A stretch of 64,000 nt of DNA from Polyangiaceae bacterium (GTDB lineage Bacteria > Myxococcota_A > Polyangia > Polyangiales > Polyangiaceae), in contig CBDCTZ010000013.1 in assembly GCA_965222375.1 (NCBI GenBank), positions 384,001 through 448,000 of the forward strand, in the 5' to 3' direction. A model generated the notes under the pieces. It was given only the letters and a program-made list of their open reading frames with translations, was not told where the DNA came from and made no database searches. Of the stretch, positions 58,663 through 64,000 are shown one piece after another. Each line of letters begins with the position of its first letter. Within the stretch, counting starts at the first letter, position 1. The position numbers were made by a program, and so were the translations under genes.

Positions 58663-59805
58663 CTAGCTGACTTCGGGCGTAAGGCGAACACATCGAACAA
58701 ACAGACAGGCCGCAGCTAGATTCGCTGCGACCGACAAGTAGACGACCGCTGACAGACCCATGCTGGCAACAAGAAATCCCGCGACTGCAGTTCCCAATGC
58801 ACCTCCGAACCCCTGGGCCGCAGGTGCCATGACAACGAACCGGCCGCTACCATCAGCCGCGCTGATTCCGGCGTATATGTAGGGTAATCCGTAGTTCCAA
58901 GCCGCGTTGACTGCGAACCATACGAGCGCAAAGGTCCATTCTGTTTCCAGATCGACTAGTAGCAGCGCGAAAACAGATTGGATTGCCATCGTCGCGACAA
59001 AGGGCAGGACCCGAGAATATCGATCCCCCTGCACGGATGCAGCCGCGGAGCCAACCAGGCTCGAAGCCATTCCCAGCGCCAGAATAAGACCGATATCAGT
59101 CTTTTCGAAGCCAGCCGCCACACCGATGCGCTCAGCGAACGCGTACAGTGAAACCACACCGAAGTACCACACGAACTGCGCGGCGAGCCCCCAATACACA
59201 GCTTGTGTCCTCGCTTCTGCGGAGCTGGCCGCGCGAAGTTCACGCCCAAGAGTGGGCGGTAGCCACAGTATTGCCGGAGCAGTGACGGCAATGAAGATGG
59301 CTGTAGGAACTGTAATGCCGGCGACACCCCAGCTAGCTTCGAGATATGGAAACGCGACCAGGCCAACCACCGCAAGCACGACCTGCGCCGCCACCAGAAA
59401 CGCGAAAGCGCGATCGGAGTTGCGGGCCTTGCCAAGTGCGGCAACGCCGATTGCAAACGCAACGCCTTCGCCGAACAAGCCGATGAACCCGCGTACTGCG
59501 ACGAATGTGCCGAACTCGGTCACCGCCGCCGATAGCAAATTGCCGACTACGCAAACGACTAGCGCCGCCGCCGCCATCTTGCGCCAGTTCACGCGGTGAA
59601 TCCAGATGACAGCAAAGGCGGCCGACAGACTCACACCCAGCACCTCGACGCCCATGAACGTGCCGATTTGCTCAAAACCGAAACCCAGACGGTCTGCAGC
59701 CGAACCCAACAAGATCGGGCTAATGTTGGGTGTAGAAAGGCCCACCGTTCCGAGCAGGATTGCGGCAAGTTGGGAGCTCGCCTGATTGAAGTCGCCACGT
59801 TTCAT
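58663..59805 (-). CDS. MFS transporter
   Basis: About 12 TM segments; YAFAERIG; codon usage looks less GC3-biased than the neighbours. Confidence 0.85.
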   Translation of the reverse strand: MKRGDFNQASSQLAAILLGTVGLSTPNISPILLGSAADRLGFGFEQIGTFMGVEVLGVSLSAAFAVIWIHRVNWRKMAAAALVVCVVGNLLSAAVTEFGTFVAVRGFIGLFGEGVAFAIGVAALGKARNSDRAFAFLVAAQVVLAVVGLVAFPYLEASWGVAGITVPTAIFIAVTAPAILWLPPTLGRELRAASSAEARTQAVYWGLAAQFVWYFGVVSLYAFAERIGVAAGFEKTDIGLILALGMASSLVGSAAASVQGDRYSRVLPFVATMAIQSVFALLLVDLETEWTFALVWFAVNAAWNYGLPYIYAGISAADGSGRFVVMAPAAQGFGGALGTAVAGFLVASMGLSAVVYLSVAANLAAACLFVRCVRLTPEVS

Positions 59806-60263
59806 ATCGATCCCGATTTGCGCGGGCAGTCACATCCATGGTGAGCCAACTTAGTGGCACTGCCAGATTGACCTACGGATATCGTTCCGGCAATCCAGAG
59901 ACAACCATACTTGGGCATCTCCGATGGTGCCGCCATTTGTCTCGGGCAGTCACTAGGGTCATCAGCAGGGGGATTCATGTTGCACGATTCCGCCACGTCC
60001 CCGAGGCACTTGGACTACTTCGGAATTCAGCTCACGCGTAGCCGGCGGTCTGGAACCCGAGCAAGCAGGCCCAGGGCGCCAATGGTCATGACGGCGCTTT
60101 CTTCGTGGTGCCGGCTTGCTCTTTGCCGGGGGATGGTTCGACTGGTTCCTGGTGCGTAGGTCTTGATGGTAACCGTCCCTTGGGCGTGCCCCTCGTGCGG
60201 CCCGCCAGCGAAGCCTAGGCCGCGCTGGGTTCAGAGCCGCTGGTCGCGGCCAGACGAGGCCGC

Positions 60264-60512
60264 CCCACTCTAGCGGATGCCCTTGCAGGGCCAGCCATCA
60301 CCCAATGGCCGCAAGGGTCCATCCTCGCCAAGGACGGCTACAGCGGAGACCAGCTCAGACTGATCGCCGTGATGGAGAAGCGCAGCGACGGCTGGTATTG
60401 GGCTGAATTCGATGCCGCCGGAAATCCCGATTTCTCCGGCAAGCCCAAGATCTGCACGGACTGTCACAGCGTCGGCGACGACTTCGTGCGCGCGTTCGAG
60501 TTTCCGCAGTAG
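60264..60512 (+). pseudogene. 5'-truncated cytochrome P460-family gene
   Basis: Not in the ORF track. Reads WPQGSILAKDGY..IAVMEKRSDGWYWAEF..CTDCH..DFV. In-frame stop at 60216 and no start codon or signal peptide. Confidence 0.75.
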
Positions 60513-60658
60513 AGTAGCCACGCCTGTGGACAGCAAGCACTGCATGGCGTCGTTCGGCGCGGCCTGCGACCCGGGCGGCTTGCAGGCATCGGGCTGACGA
60601 TGTTCGTGACCCCAACCCGGAGTTGAGCACGGGAGGCTGCGCAGCAAGGTCGCACGCC

Positions 60659-61701
60659 ATGGAAACTGCTACACTCGAAATCACCGTGCAGCATAAACAG
60701 CCGCTGCTCTATCTGCACACCCAGTACGGCTGGGGGATTATTGCGCTGGTCGTGACCGTCACCACGTTGGTGCTGGCGCTGCTCCTCCGCGCTGAGCTGT
60801 ACTTTCTGGTGCTGGTCGTGGGCGTGATTCTCACCGTCGTTCTGATGAGCTTTGGGGCGCTCACAGTCAGCGTCAGCAGCGAGGAGCTCCGCTTACGCTT
60901 TGGTATTGGATTGATCCGCAAGCGCATACCGCTGAGTCAGATCCGAAGCTACCAGGTCGTCCAAAACAAGTGGTGGTACGGCTGGGGGATCCGCATCACA
61001 CCCCATGGCACGCTGTGGAACGTGTCGGGACTTGGCGCCGTCGAACTGCTACTCGACGGACCCAAGAAGTTTCGCATCGGCACCGATGAACCCGAAGCCT
61101 TGCAGCGTGCACTGGAGCGCCTGGCGGGAAAGGCAAAGCCCTCGCGGCCCGAGGACGAAGCCGCCGCCGAGGGCCGCGCCAAGCGCATCTGGCTGATCGT
61201 GGTCGGGTTTGCCGTAGTGAGCCTCGTTGGGATCGGCGGGTTGCTGTGGGCGGAGAGTCGCCCACCGAAATCATCCGTGGACGCGGAGGGCCTCCATGTC
61301 TCGAGCGCTCCCTACTCAGCCGACATCTCCCTGGAGGCGATGACGGAAGTGGCCCTCTTGCAGCGGCGCCTCGGATCCTGGCACGCACGAACGGCACTGC
61401 ACTGGGGCGGACTTTGCGCGGTCACTTCCGAGTGGACCGGCTCGGCGATGGTCAGCTCTTTCTCGAAGCGGGGCACCCACCCTACCTGCTGGTCAAGACC
61501 CACGACAGCTTCGTGATCGTCGGCTACGAGGATGAGGCGCGCACTCTCACCCTCCACCAGCTGCTGCAAGACCGGCTGGCCCGTAACGCGCTACGGTTCA
61601 ACACCCCTTTCCCTTTGATTCTAATCACGCTGAGGTCCAAAAGAGTCGGAGCGTCGCAGCGCTTCACGACCCCGCTAGCCTTCAGCCTCTGCTGGCGCTA
61701 G
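60659..61701 (+). pseudogene. Membrane protein with two bacterial PH-like domains, frameshifted
   Basis: WYGWGIR..FRIGTDEP domain. A one-base shift at about 61358-61362 continues into ILARTNG..LRGHF. Confidence 0.7.
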
Positions 61702-61711
61702 AAAGCCGCGC

Positions 61712-62683
61712 ATGTTCCAGCGCTTGTTCTGGCTCCTTCCCTGCGCCGCACTTGCCAGCGGCTGCGGCTCCGACTCTGACGACGGCGGCAACACCTGCAC
61801 CGGCGCAGCACCCCTGTGCGGTAGTGGCGGGGCCGCCGGGAGCGGGACGGGTGGCACGGCTGGCACCACAGGAGGCGCCGCAGGCAGCGCAACCGGCGGC
61901 AGCGCCGGACTCGGTCCCGAAGATCTACGCGTCGGCGCCACATGGCTCGGCTCACAGCTCGGCGGCGAAGCAGTCCAGGTGCTCGACGTACGCGGTCTTT
62001 CCGCGTTCCAAGCCGGTCACGTGCCGGGGTCACTGCACGCCGAAGTGAGCTCACTGCGCGCGACCGTCGCGGGGATCTCGGGCCAAGTAGCGGACAATAC
62101 ACAGCTCTCGACCCAGCTGAGCGCCGCCGGCCTCGACCCGAACAAAGAAGTAGTCATTGTCGGAGCGCAGACCGAGACCACGCCAGCCCGCGGATTTTGG
62201 ACGCTGCAATGGGCCGAGCACCCTGGCGTTCGCTTGCTAGACGGTGGCTACGCGGCTTGGACCGCCGGAGGTGGCGCCACCGAAAACGGCACGCCTAGCA
62301 CAGCGCCCTCGAGCTACTCGGTCACGAGCAACAACACCCAGCTGCGGGTCGACCCGGACTGGATCCTGCCGAAGCTGTCGGATCCCAACGTAGTGCTGAT
62401 CGACGCCCGCAGCGCCAGCGAGTTTTCGGCAGGTCACATTCCGGGTGCCAAAAACGTCGACTGGAACACCAATGTCGCAGCAGGCGCCCTGAAGCCCAAA
62501 GCCGAGGTTGAAGCACTCTACGCCGGCGTAGCCAAGACCGCCACAGTCGTCGCGTACTGCCAAACAGGGACCCGAGCCTCGGTGACCTACTTCGTGTTGC
62601 GCTGGTTGGGCTACGCCGACGTGCGCTTGTACGACGGCTCCTGGGCGGAGTGGGGCTCGCGACCCGACTTGCCGAAAGAGTGA
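61712..62683 (+). CDS. Tandem-rhodanese sulfurtransferase lipoprotein
   Basis: ASGC lipobox, Gly linker, GHVPG, LDGG, GHIPGA, active-site CQTGTRA, YDGSWAEW. Confidence 0.92.
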   Translation: MFQRLFWLLPCAALASGCGSDSDDGGNTCTGAAPLCGSGGAAGSGTGGTAGTTGGAAGSATGGSAGLGPEDLRVGATWLGSQLGGEAVQVLDVRGLSAFQAGHVPGSLHAEVSSLRATVAGISGQVADNTQLSTQLSAAGLDPNKEVVIVGAQTETTPARGFWTLQWAEHPGVRLLDGGYAAWTAGGGATENGTPSTAPSSYSVTSNNTQLRVDPDWILPKLSDPNVVLIDARSASEFSAGHIPGAKNVDWNTNVAAGALKPKAEVEALYAGVAKTATVVAYCQTGTRASVTYFVLRWLGYADVRLYDGSWAEWGSRPDLPKE

Positions 62684-62695
62684 GCGCCGCCCGGG

Positions 62696-63064
62696 CTACG
62701 CCCGCAGCAAATCCTTGGCTTCGATCGTGTAGGCGTGGTCGACATTGCCCGTATTCCGAGTTGCGGCGGGCTCGAAAAGCACGACATCTGCGGGTTGGTC
62801 CGCAATGGGTTTGTGCTCCACGCCCTGCGGCACGACCAAGAACTCACCCTCGCCCAGCGAAACGTCACCATCGCGCAAGGCGATTCGGATCTGGCCGCGA
62901 ATCACCCAGAACAGCTCGTCTTCGTTTTCGTGATGGTGCCAGACATATTCGCCTTCGAAGCGAACGACTTTCACGCATTGCCCGTTCAGTTCGCCCACGA
63001 TGGTCGGAACCCAGGGTTTCGCCAGCGCTGCCGCCTTGTCAGCCACGTTCACTTTGCTCGTCAT
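62696..63064 (-). CDS. Cupin-domain protein
   Basis: WHHHENEDELF, VVPQGVEHKP, TRNTG. Confidence 0.9.
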   Translation of the reverse strand: MTSKVNVADKAAALAKPWVPTIVGELNGQCVKVVRFEGEYVWHHHENEDELFWVIRGQIRIALRDGDVSLGEGEFLVVPQGVEHKPIADQPADVVLFEPAATRNTGNVDHAYTIEAKDLLRA

Positions 63065-63321
63065 CAGCTCAGGCTAGTCGAGGTGGCGGCGCTCACAAGA
63101 CCCCAGGGTCCATGCCCGCGTCTACGGCAAGCGGGTTGCGTCCACCGTGTACGTATTTCGGAACTTGTTCGTGCCAGGCGAGGTCCAGCTGGTCAACATC
63201 ATCGACCCGCTGGCCGTGTTGGTCCCAGTAGCGAAGAGCAACGACAGTTGGTTTGGGGTCGAGGCGCGTTTCGTCCCTGGGCCACTACTCTCGCCCAGGG
63301 CCATGGCTTTCGGGAGGAGCG

Positions 63322-63798
63322 CTATTCGGCCAACTCCGATATCTCGTTCAGCGCGAAGTGTGACGCACCCACAGATTGGCCCTCTTTGTCGCACTGCCGC
63401 CCGCGCGCGAGAACCGCGCGGCCATCTAGCTCCGGATGGAACCGCCCGCCCGCATAGCTGAGCAACCAGCGATCTCCGGCGTCAGTCACGAGCCACTCGC
63501 CACGCAAGCGCTTGCCTGTTGCTTCTCTCGGTGGATCGATCGCGTAGCGCCCTTTCAGGGTGAGTTGTGGACCACGCGGGATGCAACCGACCTCGCCCCA
63601 TTGCTCCTTGGCATCGACGGACAGCGCGCGCACTTCCTTGGTGACGACGGGGCTCGGTTTGGACTTCACTGCAGGGGCTGCCTGCGGCTCAGCCTGGGGG
63701 GAGGACTCTACCGCTTGAGCAGTCTGCGGCTCGCTGCTCGCGTTGGCGCAGCCGGAGGCCATCAAGCAAAGGGCGCCAAGAGCGGAGGCGAGTCGCAT
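63322..63798 (-). CDS. Hypothetical lipoprotein
   Basis: ASGC lipobox; Pro/Ala linker. Confidence 0.7.
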   Translation of the reverse strand: MRLASALGALCLMASGCANASSEPQTAQAVESSPQAEPQAAPAVKSKPSPVVTKEVRALSVDAKEQWGEVGCIPRGPQLTLKGRYAIDPPREATGKRLRGEWLVTDAGDRWLLSYAGGRFHPELDGRAVLARGRQCDKEGQSVGASHFALNEISELAE

Positions 63799-63919
63799 GG
63801 CCGACCATTAACAGCACGCGCTGAGCAGGCGAAGGGCTGGGCAATCATCAACTCAGACGCAATGGCTTGTCCCAATCGTTCTAATGGACGCAACGCTGCC
63901 GAGATCACACTCTAACCTC

Positions 63920-64000
63920 ATGAATCGAACGGCGAAACGAGGCGTATTGGTGCTGGCAAGCCTTGCATCGCTCGTCGGCTGCGGCGGCGAAAGTGACGCC
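63920..64000 (+). CDS. Lipoprotein, 3'-partial
   Basis: MNRTAKRGVLVLASLASLVGC-GGESDA runs off the window end. Confidence 0.6.
   Translation, partial: MNRTAKRGVLVLASLASLVGCGGESDA

Noticed and set aside
63099..63320. Protein-like plus-strand stretch (VYGKRVASTVYVFRNLFVPGEVQLVNIIDP)
   Set aside because: No start or RBS support, runs into a convergent gene and has no recognisable motif. It could be a remnant but I cannot support that.

Overview
GC-rich bacterial DNA with the gene content of a Sorangiineae/Polyangiaceae-type myxobacterium (inference from MYXO-CTERM, Gly-linker lipoproteins, a Hanks kinase and an ECF cassette). It holds about 58 CDSs, a tRNA-Leu(GAG) and no rRNA or CRISPR array. 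About a third of the genes encode predicted lipoproteins, many built as lipobox - Gly-rich linker - cargo domain. Recognisable genes include an SDR, an Asp/Glu racemase, a YcaC-like hydrolase with LysR, an opine dehydrogenase, POT/AEC/MFS transporters, a HAD-ECH fusion, arsM-arsR, an NTT-HEAT plus cNMP pair and a PAS hybrid kinase. Downstream of the tRNA is an accessory patch with an IS21 istB remnant and a PIN toxin-antitoxin pair. The best candidate for a novel system is a B12-dependent radical SAM enzyme fused in frame to an internal lipoprotein-like signal and a disulfide-rich exported domain (52980-55310). Others are a prenyltransferase/terpene-cyclase-repeat protein fused to a variant GGDEF domain (946-2481), a Ser/Thr kinase with a histone-H1-like tail, and a 10-Cys lipoprotein domain present three times. 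Several single-base frameshifts in short homopolymers suggest assembly indel errors, so the fusions and truncations need read-level checks. All calls come from reading motifs by eye; no searches were run.
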